The notes beneath the pieces were generated by a model. The model saw only the letters and a list, made by a program, of their open reading frames with translations, ran no database searches and was not told where the DNA came from. The position numbers were made by a program, and so were the translations under genes. Shown here piece by piece: positions 40,593 to 55,414 of a stretch of DNA of 64,000 nt (its first letter is position 1; every line of letters starts with the position of its first letter). The stretch lies in the NCBI GenBank assembly GCA_965112735.1, contig OZ218954.1:744001-808000 (forward strand). The letters are read 5' to 3'. Source of the stretch: Phaeosaccion multiseriatum (taxonomy: Eukaryota > Protista > Ochrophyta, other classes).

Positions 40593-43266
40593 TACACAGG
40601 GATAGCAAGCTCACTCGGCTGCTGCAACCCTCCTTGGGGGGGGAAGCAAAGATTGCCATCATCTGCACAGTCACGCCTGCGGCCCTGAGCTATGAGGAGA
40701 CCCATAACACGCTCAAGTTCGCGAGTAGGGCCAAGCGTATCAAGGTCACCGCCGTCATCAACGAGGTAGGTTGGGAGAGACGGAGGAGGAGGAGGAGGAG
40801 GAGGAGGAGGAGGAGGAGGAGGAGGAGGAGGAGGAGGAGGAGGAGGAGGAGAAGGGGGTCGGGGGATGTGGAAGGAGGAGGAGGGGAGGAAAAGGAGGAG
40901 GGGGAGGAGGAGGAGGAGGAGGAGGAGGAGGTAAGCCTATTGAAGGGGAGACAATCATCAAGTACGAAGGACCGGTCCTTCCTGTGCCATTCCTCTCCCT
41001 CCGTCGGTCCGTCCGTCTCTCCCAACATCCCTTGCTCTCCCCTCCCCCCCTCTCTATGTGCCTGTCCTGTATACTACCTATACAGGTGTCGGATGAGAAG
41101 ACCATGCTCCTTCAGCAGTACCGACAGGAGATCGAAGAGCTCAGAGCAGAGCTCGCCAAGACAAGGCTCGCCGCTGCCAAACACGAAGAGGAGCAGTTGG
41201 TGATACAGGAGGAGAGACAGCGCCAGCTCAAGAAGGAGCAGGCAGACGGATCAATGACTTCATCTCTCCTGCAGGGCCTCCGACGTCTTAGCGGTAGCAG
41301 GAGTAACAGCAGTAGGAGCAGTACAGCAGGACCAAACGTTGCCGAGGGTTGGGGGGATGGCAGTAACGATGATGCTGATGAAGACACACTCACCAACGCC
41401 ATCGGTCAGCTTGAACGCCTCATTCTCAAGTCCAAGGGTCAGAGTCATGAGGAGGCCCATGGCAGCAGCAACGACAACAACACCTCTGCGTCGGCTGTGG
41501 CTTCCATGGGAGGAGCAGGTGGTTTGGCCCCTTCCACCACAACAGCAGTTGGTGATACAGCAGCAGCGTCGGGAGGACTGCTTCCTGGGGTGGGGCCTGG
41601 GGGACAGGATGGGGATGGGGCGATTGGAGGAGAGGGAGAGGATGAGCACCCCTTCTTCCAACAGCTCAGCCGCCGGAGCAGCGCGCGAAGGCATAGAGAT
41701 GATGTCGGGGCGGAAACGGAGGGAGGGGGAGGAGGAGGAGGAGGAGGAGGAGGAGGAGGAGGAGGAGGAGGAGCAGGAGGAGGAGCAGGAGGAGGAGGAG
41801 GAGGGAAGGAACGTCTCTCAGAGATGTCCGATGCGCCCACCGTCATCGACGAGGATGATGAGCTCATCCTTTTCGAGGCTGACGGCGGCGGAGGGAGCAA
41901 CACTCGACACACCACCAGTCTCTCGTCGTCCCCACTTCGAGGAGGAGGAGGAGGAGGAGGAGGAGGAGGAGGAGGGGGGGGGGGGGGGGCAAGAGGTGGG
42001 GATGACGGTAGTGCCGATGGAGGACAACGCAACGGACAAGGAGGGGGAGCCAATGGCCAAGAGCAGCAGCAGCTAAGAGTGTCAGGGCGGGAGGGTGCAG
42101 CTACGTCGTTGTCGCCGTCTACTCTTGCTGCATTGCCCCTCCCTCCCACCAACGGTAGTAGCAGCAGCAGCAACAGTGGCGGTGGTGTATCACGAACTGG
42201 TGGGGGTGGTGACAGTCACAAGGGCTCCATCTACATCAATCCAAAGGACCTCGAGGTGGTGCATGGAGTGTTAGCGCGCTTCTACGGAAGCTGGAAGGTG
42301 AGAGAGAGGGAGGGGGGGAGAGGCAGGCAGGGAAGAAGGAGTAGTGGGGGGAGGGAGGGGGAATAGACGGGAAGGATAGGGGGAGGCGAGGCTTAGGAGT
42401 GGAGAGGGGGAGGGAGGAATTGCGTTCTTTGCGTGCGTCAGGACCTATTTCTTCTTCGTGTTGTTCTTCTTCTCATCCTCCTCCTCCTCCGCTTGCATCC
42501 CCTCTCCCCTCAACAGGAGAAGCAGCAGAAGACAACGCCGGAAGAAGTCGAGGCACTTCGAGCGGAGGTGAGACCCCGACCCTCACGACCCTCACCCTCC
42601 CCCCCACTTGTGTATGCGCATTTCTCTTGTTCTGTCCCTCCTCTCTGTCTTTCATATCTTTTGATCTCTTGTCTCACTCTAATTCATCTCTTTGATCTCT
42701 CGCGTCGTGTCTCAAAGTCTCTCTCTCACACACACACACACACACTCATTGTTTCTCCCACCCGTCCTTCGTCTTCTCTCTTTCTCCCTCTCTTTCCCTT
42801 TCTCTCTTCAGCTTCACCAGGTCCGGATCAGCTCCACTCTCTCAAGCGCGGACTCGACCTTCTTACAACGGAGACTCCAAGGTGGGTAGCGGTTAGCGCA
42901 GCCCAACCCTTGTAGTAGTCGTGTTGTATGACATTGACATTGCAGAGGGGGCATCGCCTCCGTCCTTCGCGCCAATGGAGCCGTTTTGTCATATCTTCCC
43001 CCTTCCCTCCCTCCCTACCTCCCTCGCTCTCCTTTCTTGTTCCTTTCCTTCTCCTTTGTCCTTGTTGTCGTGCGGGCACAGAGCGAGACACCTCGCTTCG
43101 AGAGAAGGCCAAACAGATGGCCAAGTGCATGAGTCAGCTGGAGCACGAGAAGCAGGACAACGAGAGGCTGAGGAGAGAGGTGGACCATTTGAAGGCGGTC
43201 CTGAGTGCGAGAGAGACAGAGCTACACGCATTAAAAGGCGTGGATGCCAAAGACGAAACCTTCTGA
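36754..43266 (+). CDS. Kinesin motor protein, kinesin-7/CENP-E-like, with C-terminal coiled coils
   Basis: [30 protein letters not shown] (P-loop), [25 protein letters not shown] (switch I), [10 protein letters not shown] (switch II), [44 protein letters not shown]. Confidence 0.95.
39352..39541. repeat. 7 bp (ACCCTAT)n degenerate array
   Basis: Direct reading; kinesin intron just upstream of an acceptor. Confidence 0.92.
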
Positions 43267-43731
43267 GTGATGATGATGCACGAGGAAAGGAGGGAGAAGG
43301 GGAGGAGGGGGGGGGAGAGGAGAGAGGGCGGGTGAGGAGGAGGAGGAGGAGGAGGAGGAGGAGGAGGAGGAGGAGGAGGAGGAGGAGGAGGAGAGGGGAT
43401 GGGAAAGGAGGAGAGCGACAAGAGGTGGGGAGAGGAGGAGCGGAGCGGCACGGAACACACGGAACGGACAGTACACAGGCAGGGCAGCGGGCGACGTTTG
43501 CGTAGATTAAATTTTGCGGTCATCGATCAATCGCCTGAAGAGCAGCGTCCCTCTTGTTACTGTCATTGAATACGAACATGTGTTGTCATTGAATACGAAC
43601 ATGTGTTGTCTTTACTATCGTATCTCCCCCTTCCCCGTCCCCTTCTCCCCTACGGCAGCGACGAACGAACGAAAGGCATCTTCCTGCAAAGGAACTCCCC
43701 GCTGCGTCGTCTAACCCAATTGGTCTAACCA

Positions 43732-43767
<36 letters not shown>

Positions 43768-44733
43768 GGGATGGCGTCTTATCATGTCCCTCTCTCTCTC
43801 TCTCTCTCTGATGGTTTGGCGTCTAATCATGCCTCTCTCTCTCTGATGGTATGGCAGCACGCTCCAAGGCGAGGGACATCATCTGTGGATATCGAGGAGG
43901 GAACCTTTTCCTCACAGGCGTCTTTAACTATGCTTACGTAAGGTTAAGAGGGAAAGTGCATGTACACGCATGGTAAAAAGGAAAAGACTTGCGCCACAGA
44001 GGTGGTGGGTCGCACGAAAGGACAATGTATTGCTACGAATTATCATATATCAGGGGGCGATAAAGTACAGAGGAGCGCGTCAACTGTTCCAACTGTTGAC
44101 GGCCTGTTGTAAGACGGGGAATACCATCTGACGACGTCTGAAAGTACAAAAAGGAAAGTACTGAACCGCTAAACAAACTTGCTTCCTAAACGATGGACTA
44201 CCTCCCCTAGCGAAGAGCAAAATAGTCAAACTAGATGTAAACGTTTTCATGCCGGCGCCACGCCCCTGCTTTGTTCATCCGAAAGAGACACGACTTTGTG
44301 TGTACGGGGCAAAGAACGGCAGCTCGGCAATTCGTCTACCAAGTGGTGTGTACTGAAAAGGCCGAAGGAAGAAACAAGCTTGACTCTACTAAAGAGAGTC
44401 GGCTTGTTTCTTTTCAAGTACACCCCTTCCCACTATCTCTAGCTACTAACTACGACTAACAACAACAACAACACAGAGGAGAGGAGGAACCTTTGCTCTC
44501 CCCCGGTATGGAACACACATATAGAATGGAACAGACCGAGAGAGGTCCCACCCCAGTCTCTCACTCACTCTCGTCCGCCACAACCAACCCTCTAACTAAA
44601 ACCCCGAGACCGCCGCCGCCTCCGCCTGCTACTCACCACCTCCGCACTCACACGCGCTGTGGGTAGGAGGTTGTCTTCACTTCCTCGCCTACCCTTCGGT
44701 CGATCGGTCGGTCACTCCTTCTGACTCTTTGAG

Positions 44734-47700
44734 TTAGACAACATTGGCTCCCCGATTCTTCTTGGAAGCGTAGATTCCTCCTCCAATCACCGCGCCAGCC
44801 ACCACCGCAGAAGAGCAGGCAATGGCCGCAATCTCTCCATCCGAGAGACCCGAGCTTCCACCGCCGCTGCTGCCGCTGCCCTGTCCGCCCGCGTTTAAGG
44901 GGGCCTCCGTGGTGCCTCGGTCACCATCCGCAGCAGGGGCCGGGGTAGGGGTGGGGTCGTCACCTCCACCGTCCCCACCATCGCTGGAGTCTCCGGAAGA
45001 GGGCGCTGTGGTCGTGTCGCTGGAGTCTCCTGAAGAGGGGGCTGTGGTCGAGCCGCCCCCGCCCCCGCCTCCACCTCCTCCACCGGCAGCGGCCGGGGCA
45101 GGGGTAGTGTCCTCCGACTCCTCCTCGTCCTCCGCCTCCGTGGGTGCGACGGTTTCAGCAACAGGGGCCGGTGTGGGCGGCTCAGTAGGGGCCGCTGTGG
45201 TGCCGGCAATGAGCGACGCGGAGGGAAGCTCGCACACGAACAGCAGGTTGATGTCGCAGGACTGGGGAGTGAAGAGCTTGGGGATGTTGATGTAGACGAC
45301 CATACATGTGGGCTGACCGGCGATGTTGGTGTCCTCTTCGTCGAGCGGGGGGTACCAGGGCCCATCGCCGTCGTTCCAGTCAGCTGTTGGAGTGTTGGGT
45401 AAGTGGAGCAGGATGGAAGAGTGGGAGAAGAGGGTGAGAGCGCGTGAGGATAAGAGGAGTACACATTGTCTGCATACACGCATTCATTCCCCACCCGCGG
45501 GTAGACTCTTGAGCCTACGGAGTCGTCGCCAACAGTCATGCCTGCAAACACACAACCAGCCAGTCTCCCTCATCTCTCGCTCTCTCACTGACTTACAGAA
45601 GTCTGCAGGCACGAAGTCCTCGGGGATGTTGATGTCATCAGACTGAGCCCAGGTGTAGTCCTCTCCATCCCCCTTTGCAAGCCCGGTGTGGGTATCTCCG
45701 TGCCATCCCACCCAGAGCAAGTTGTTCACAACAAAGTCGTTCTCCTCTTCCGTCTGCAGGGCCACAAGTGCTCCGCCCATGCCCTCACACGTCTCCTGGG
45801 CGTCGTCGTGGTTCTTGGTGCCCTGGTCGTTCGCGACGACGCCACCCTGGTTCACAGACGACTTGAAATAGCATACATTGTCCTCCTCATTGTACACCAC
45901 GACGTCTCCTGCGTAGTCGCCGCACTCGTCGTCGTTGATAATGCTTGCCGCCGTCACCACGTCAATCTCCTCGACATCGAAAATGTCCATGTACAACTCC
46001 TCATACGTGGTGTCGTCGCCAAAGGGGTCGGAGGGGCACCTGGCCATAAGGTCACGATCGCCGTCTGCCGGCCACAGAACCGCAAACACACTGTCCTCTG
46101 CCCAGGACTCTCCGATGACGCACGTCTGGCAGCCCACTGAGTAGGTGTTCTGGGCCATCTCCGTGGGCGCGCCTTGGTACTTTCCTCCAAGCCAGCAGCC
46201 CGTCTGGATATCGTTGGGGTAAGCACAGCCGGAAAAGAAGGAGCCCTTTCCGCGACGAACATCTTCAAGGGGCACATCAGTCGCACAGGTGCGTGTGTTT
46301 TCCGCCGTAGTTGCCGCGTCGACCGTGGGCGCGGGCGTGGGCACCGGTGCTTCTGGCGACTCGTGCACGACGACATCAGTACACTCGGCCGTTACGGTGT
46401 TGCCGTTGATGCAGCGGGCGGTAGGCAGCTCGCACACGTAGGGGACGTTGGCGCCGCACTCAAAGGGGAAGAGCTTCTTCTCGAGGTTGAGGTAAACAAA
46501 CACACAGGAGCGGGTGCCGGCCGCGTACTCCGTGTCATCTCCCTCATTGCCGTACCACAAGTCGTCATACAAGCCTGATGCGAGTCCGTCGGGGAACTGC
46601 AGGTTCTCGCTCTGCTGGAAGAAGTAGTCGGACCCGTCTGCGCCGTTGTACTTGGACAGCCCCGTCGACACCTCTCCGGCAGTGCCGATCCATGACATGT
46701 TGTACACTACAAAGTTGAGCTCCTCCTCGGAGGTGATGGCCACAAGTGCTCCTCCCATCTCCTCGCACACCGAAGTGGCTCCATCGAACGTCTCACGCGC
46801 CAGGACTGATCCCTTGAAGTAGCAGCGGTCCAGACTGGCGCTGTAGAAGGCGTCGTTGTAACGGCTGCACTGCCCCTGCCCATAGACGGAGGCGGCGGAG
46901 ACGACGTCGGCCTCGATGTCGGCGTTTGGGTAGAGGTCGGTGTAAAAGTCGAGGTAGGCCGTGTTTCCGCTGAACTCTTCATCGTCAAAGGGGTCGTCGG
47001 GGCAGGTGCTGAGGCCATCTCCGATGAAGGGTTCGGCGCTCCAAATGACGGGGAAAATGGCGTCCTCGGCCCAGTCTTCTTGGATGACGCAGGTCTGGCA
47101 GCCATAGTTGGTGTCTTCCTGGTCGGTGCCGGGCTGGTTGTAGCGGCCAACCTGTTGTGGTGTGTGATGGGAGTAGAACAAGAGCACAGAAGGGAGGGGC
47201 GGGAAGAGTTGAAGACGTTGTCTAATTCCTAACGGGAATGAAAGAGGGAGGGAGATACTCCGAGGGAGGCTCAACTCCTCTTGCTTACCTGCCAGCAACC
47301 CGTGGTGGGGTCGTTGCCGCCGCAGTCGCTGAAGAAGGCGGACTTGCCTGTAGAGGGGAGATATCAGGGCAGCAAGGCGGTAGCGGGTGGGGTTGGGAGC
47401 GTTTAGGTGTGGGTACGTTGGAAATCCATGAAGGGGGGGGGGAGGTGGGGGGAGCGACGCAAAAGCCGTAGCGGGGGAAGGGTTTGAGCGAAGGGAGCAG
47501 CGAGAGGAGGGAGGAGGTAAGGGACCAAGGAAAGGAAGCCGTAGCGCTTTGTGGCGATGCATACGCGCCAGGGCGGGGAGACTGAGCCGCGCGAGGAACA
47601 GAATAGTTGCACCGATCGGAGAGTCTCCGCATCAAGAACGAGAGCCACAGCCACAGCGATTGGGACAGTAGGCAGAGCTACCGCGGTGAAGCGAAGAGAG

Positions 47701-48050
47701 CGATGATGCATGCTCTTCTCTGTTGCAGCCACAGCGGAGGCAAGCTCACTTCCCCGACGAATCTTTCGGAAGGCGACTCATTTCTACGAGAGCAAATCAA
47801 CTACCCCACGGGATACAGCCGAACGCAGAAGCCAAGCCAAGGAGAGGACGCGGTCAGCGACAAGCCCTTTCCACCCTCTGTCCGCTCGCTGCAAGGCAAG
47901 CTTGGGAACGTACTCACCGGCCAGTACGTCGTTGAGCGGAACCCGGGCAGCGCACTCTGCGTTACTCGAAGCTTGGCCAGAAACCAGCTTGGGCAGCACG
48001 GCCAACAAGGCCGCAGTGCCCAGGAGAGCCTGGCTGGCACGGGAGTTCAT
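44734..48050 (-). CDS. Type I membrane protein with two tandem [Cys-rich module + C-type-lectin-like domain] units, S/T/P/G stalk and TM helix; 4 exons
   Basis: Signal peptide MNSRASQALLGTAALLAVLPKLVSG; CTLD motifs CYF...FDGATSVCEEMGGALVAITSEEE...YVCELP and CYF...AQETCEGMGGALVALQTEEE...FVCELP; TM IAAIACSSAVVAGAVIGGGIYA followed by SKKNR. Confidence 0.85.
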
Positions 48051-48292
48051 GACGCGTAAGTGAAGGTCCCAGGCAGAAGTCCTACACGAATGATGTGAGT
48101 GTGAGGAGGGGGGGAGGAGGCCGTTGATAAATTTCGAGCAAAGTCAGCCCGACCCCGGTGGGTTGGTTCCCCCGACCGCTTCTTTCTTATTTCTATTCTC
48201 GGGCACTACGACTTAAATCACACAACAGTGAGTACGTACACATAAGAAATAAACCATCCGACCATCCGCAGATTGATGAATTGGCACATCCC

Positions 48293-48352
<60 letters not shown>

Positions 48353-48928
48353 AAGGGCTCAGCTGATTCTTAGGCTAAAGGCCGTTTGAGGAATTTTCCT
48401 CAGTGAGGAAATTTCCTCAATACCCCTTCCTCTCCATCTCCCCCCCTCCGCTCTACTCTCTACTCCCTCCTCTCTATTCGCTCCCTGCGCCCACCTCTCG
48501 GTGGATGCTTCAGTGTAGGTAAGTAAACGGCGAAAAAGTGCTGTGCTGCTGCTCGACGTTCGATTTAGTCAGTCAGTCCGTCAGCCAGTAAGTCAGCCAG
48601 CTAGTGAGTCATTCAGTCACCCAGCCAAACAGTCAGCCAGTCAGTCCGTCCGTCAGTCAGTCAGTTAGCCAGTCAGCCAGTCAGCCAGCCAGCCAGCCAG
48701 CCAGTCAGGCAGTCTGTCAGCCAGCCAATGGTGCCCTTCAATGGCCTTCGCCTTCGCCCCTGGCGCTGCTGCTCCCCCCCCTCTTGTTCTTGCTGCTCCT
48801 TCTTCAGGCTGATGGTTGCCTCTCTTTGGCGACCATCTGATCGCCCCTGCTGCTGCTGAGGTGTGCTGCTGCTCCTCCTCCTCCTCTTGCTCTCCTGCCC
48901 CTCTCCAGTAACATGACCATCTCAGTCA

Positions 48929-51574
<2,646 letters not shown>

Positions 51575-52008
51575 TTCTTTTTTTTGTCTTTTCCGTCAGT
51601 GTCTCTCTCTCTCCACCCTTGACTTACTACAGTTGGAACGAGCAGCGATTCTACGAGCATGTAATGATGTTTTAAAAGGAGGGCTTTGTATACCAGGAAG
51701 GAAAGCATCGTGGATACGTAGGGGGAGAAGGAGATAAGGCTGCCATTTTTGCTGAGCTCAAGGCGCAGCCGTGATGGAGTGAGGGAGTGTCGAGGCTCCA
51801 CTACCTTTGTGAGAGGGAGAGGGAGAGACCCCAGCGTGGGGAGGGCGTGGGAAGAAGAAGTATAAGGCACAGAGGCCGCCCCTTCGAGGGATCCCCCAGC
51901 TCGGAGCTTCAAACCCACCGCCGCCCGGCTTGCCCCCTCTTCTGCTTCACTACTCGGGGAAGAGGGTGGCAGAGACGGGCTGTCGGGGCATTGGCCAGAG
52001 CTTGAATC

Positions 52009-54570
52009 ATGCCGGAGAACACCGGCACGACCACCACCCAGGAGGAAATGGACGGGTAAGAAGCCAGCAGTGTCCGCTCGCGAGACGAAAGGGGTCTTGC
52101 TCGAATAGAAATTAACATTCGCCACCCGCGTGGGTTTCTCTCTCTCTCTCTCCTCAGACATGTGTTTGTAGGTGACATGTGGCTGGATGCAGAAAGCTAT
52201 CCCGCCGACACTGCTTCGCAAGCGGGTCGAGGAGGGGGGAGTGGTGGTCCGCTGCTAGTGGGAGGCCCAGGCGAGGACAACTCCTCCGCACCTTGCAGCG
52301 TGAATGGGGGAGGAGGAGGAGGAGGAGGAGGAGGAGGAGGAGCAAGAGGAGAAGGAGCAAGAGGAGGGCTGCAGCAGGGCGGTTTGCCCCCCCTCTCTAA
52401 CTCGGCTCGGTTTCGTTCAACAGCAGCAGCAGCAGCAGGAGGAGCAGGAGCAGGAGCAGGGGACAGGGTAGGACGGGGGAACGGCAGAGGCAGTAGTCGT
52501 ATGTATGGTGGAAACCACGACCACATCGATCATGGCAGGGGTGGAAAGTATGCAGATGACAACGACGACGACGACGAAGAGGACTACTTCTCACAGGAGA
52601 TGAAGGTAGGGGTGGGGGGGGACCGCTACGCTGGGGCTCGTCAGCGACTGACGGGAGGACAGCGCCGGCCGAGGACCGACAGTATGGAGAGTCTTGATGA
52701 CATGGGAGGAGGGGAGGGGGGGAGCATCCGGACCTTTGGGGAGCTCAGGAGGAACTTTAATATGGAGAGACCCACTGTGGACAAGAAGGTAAGTGTGTGG
52801 AGAGGGAGGGAAGGAGCGGAGGGAGGGAAGGAGAGACCCGCTGTGGACAAAGGAAGTGATGTGTGCGTGTGTGTGCGTGTGTGTGTGAGAGAGAGGCCCA
52901 CTGTAGACAAGAAGGTGTGTGTGCATAGGTATGTGCGTGGGTGTGTGTAGGTGTTCATTGTGTGCCCCCTCTGCCCCCTTCCCTCCTTCTCGTCCTTGTC
53001 TCTTCCTTTCCACCCTGCTGTCTCTCTCCACCTCTTGTACGCCCTCCCACCTCTTCCTTTCCTCTGTACCATCAACTCCCTCAGGTGTCCTTCTCCGGCC
53101 ACCTCATGCAGGACCTTCGCAACTTCCTCAAGAAGCTTCACTTACGAGACAGGTGCAAACGTGCCCCCCCTATTTGCTTTGTCTGTCCTGACACCCACAG
53201 CTCTGTCCTACACTTGACTCTGTCAGTCCTGACACCCCCTACCCTCTATCCTGACTGCTTCCTCTGTCCTGACACCCCCTCCCCCACTCTGTCCTGACAC
53301 TCTGTAGGTGCAGGCTCTTCTGCGACACTTGCAACCCTGCCGCTGTGCTGCTCGGGCTGCCTGTGATGGACACCGTGAGGACGTACAAGAAGGTATGGGG
53401 GGGTATCAGGTCAGAGGGTGGAAGGTGTCAGGACTGACAAGAGATCAGGTCAGAGGGGGGGCGCGTCAGGACAGACAAGATGGTATATAAAGAAGGGCAC
53501 AAGAAGGTATAACTGAGTGTCCAGTTCTCTCTCTCTCTTACCCTCTTGCTCTCTCTCTTACCCTCTTGCTCTCTCTCTCTCTTCCTCTCTTCCCTCCCTT
53601 CCCCGCCCTTGCCCTTGTCATTTGTGACTGTCATGCCACACACTACCAACAGGAGTACGTGAGTGCGGATCTGGCCTCAGGTATGGCGGAGGGCATCATG
53701 GAAGTGCCCCAGGGGATGAGTTACGCGCTCCTCGCCAACGTGCCCCCTGTGTACGGCCTCTACATGGGCGTCATTCCATCCTGTGCGTACTTCGCCCTCG
53801 GCACGTGCCATCAGCTGGCCATTGGAGTGAGTGCCATTGAGAACTTGCTGGTGGCCGAGGCGGTGGCGGCGGTGATCGGATGGATCGGAGACGAGGTCAA
53901 CGAGACCACCACACAGGTGAGAGAGGGGGGGAGAGAAGGAGGGAGGGAGTAAAAAGTAGGCACGTTGTGTAGTATGTCGGGGGTTTTTTCGCTATTCTGT
54001 TACTAACCCTACGTATTCTGTTCCTAACCTTACGTGCCCCTGTCCCCCCGCCCCCCCCCCCTCCCCTCTTCCTTTCAGGCGGACATCGACGCCAAAGTGA
54101 AGATCACGGTGGCCTTCACGCTGCTCGTAGGCATGTGGCAGTTCCTCATGCGCATCTTCGGCATCGGCCTCATCGCCACGCTGCTTGCCGACCCCGTCCT
54201 CTCGGGCTTTTCCACAGCCTCCGCCTTCCTCATCGGCACCTCGCAGCTCAAGCAGGTGGGTGTTTTGGTAGTAAGTCAATGGGTGGGTAGTGGCAGTAAG
54301 TCAATGTGTGAGTGGGGAGACACGGAGCCGAGCGGGTGGTTGGGTGGCTTGGGCAAGCAGGGAGGCACGTCCAAGAGAACATCCAACACGAGCGTGTGAA
54401 CCCCCCCTTCCCCCTTCGTACTCACTCCGCTATCCCCCCTCCCCTCCCCCCCATACCTCTCTCTCTCCTCCTCATAATATGTGCGCGTGTGTGCCTGCGT
54501 GTGTGTGCGTGCGTGTGTGTGTGTGTATGTGTGTGTGCGTGTGTGTGTGTGTGCGTGTGTGTATGCGTGT

Positions 54571-54608
<38 letters not shown>

Positions 54609-55378
54609 ATGCCTTCCTCCCCACAGATCATGGGCGTAGACCTCCCTCGTGCGAGTTTGCCCGAGATTTGGGTCTCAGCGGTGCAGCAAATCTCCAGGTA
54701 AGGAGGACGGGGGAAGGGTGAGATGAGGATGTAAGGCTGTAAGGAGTGAGGAGTAATCCGATACTCCCGACCAGACCAGCTTGGGTTCTCTCGGAGTAGC
54801 CCAATACTAAACCAGTTGATATCACTCAAGGAAGAGGTGGCACTCCTGGGCTTGTTCATTCACCGCAACAATGAAGAACACGCAGGCACTCCTGAGCGCT
54901 CTTCCATCTCCCCTCCCCTCCCCTCCCCTCCTCATCCTCCCCCTCCTCCTCCTCCTCCTCCTCCCCCCCCTCCACTTCCTCCTCCTCCTCCTCATCCTCC
55001 TCCCCCTCCTCCTCCCGTTGCCATGCATCAATTTGCAGTATCAATGTAGTGGCCCTGACCATGGGCCTGCTGGGCATCCTCCTCCTCTACGGACTCAAGA
55101 AGGCGAATCAAAAAGTGTGGCCGAGGACCCCTCTACCCATCCAGGTACGTAAGCTCTTACGTATGGGGTATGTGGTTTGGGGTACAGGGTAATTAACCTC
55201 AAACTCAAACTCAAACTCAACCCCCCGTCCCTAATCCTCCCTGCCATCTCCCCTCCTCCTGTGTATATCCTGTCGGCAGCTCGTGTTGGTGGTACTTGCG
55301 ACGGCGGTGACGTACACAATGGGCCTCAATGAAGAACCACACAACCTCAAGGTACAGACATGAGAGAGAGAAGAGAGA

Positions 55379-55414
<36 letters not shown>

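Noticed and set aside
43550-44460. Possible gene or TE relic between the kinesin and lectin genes
   Set aside because: Only short local tandem duplications and unrecognisable short ORFs; nothing assignable.
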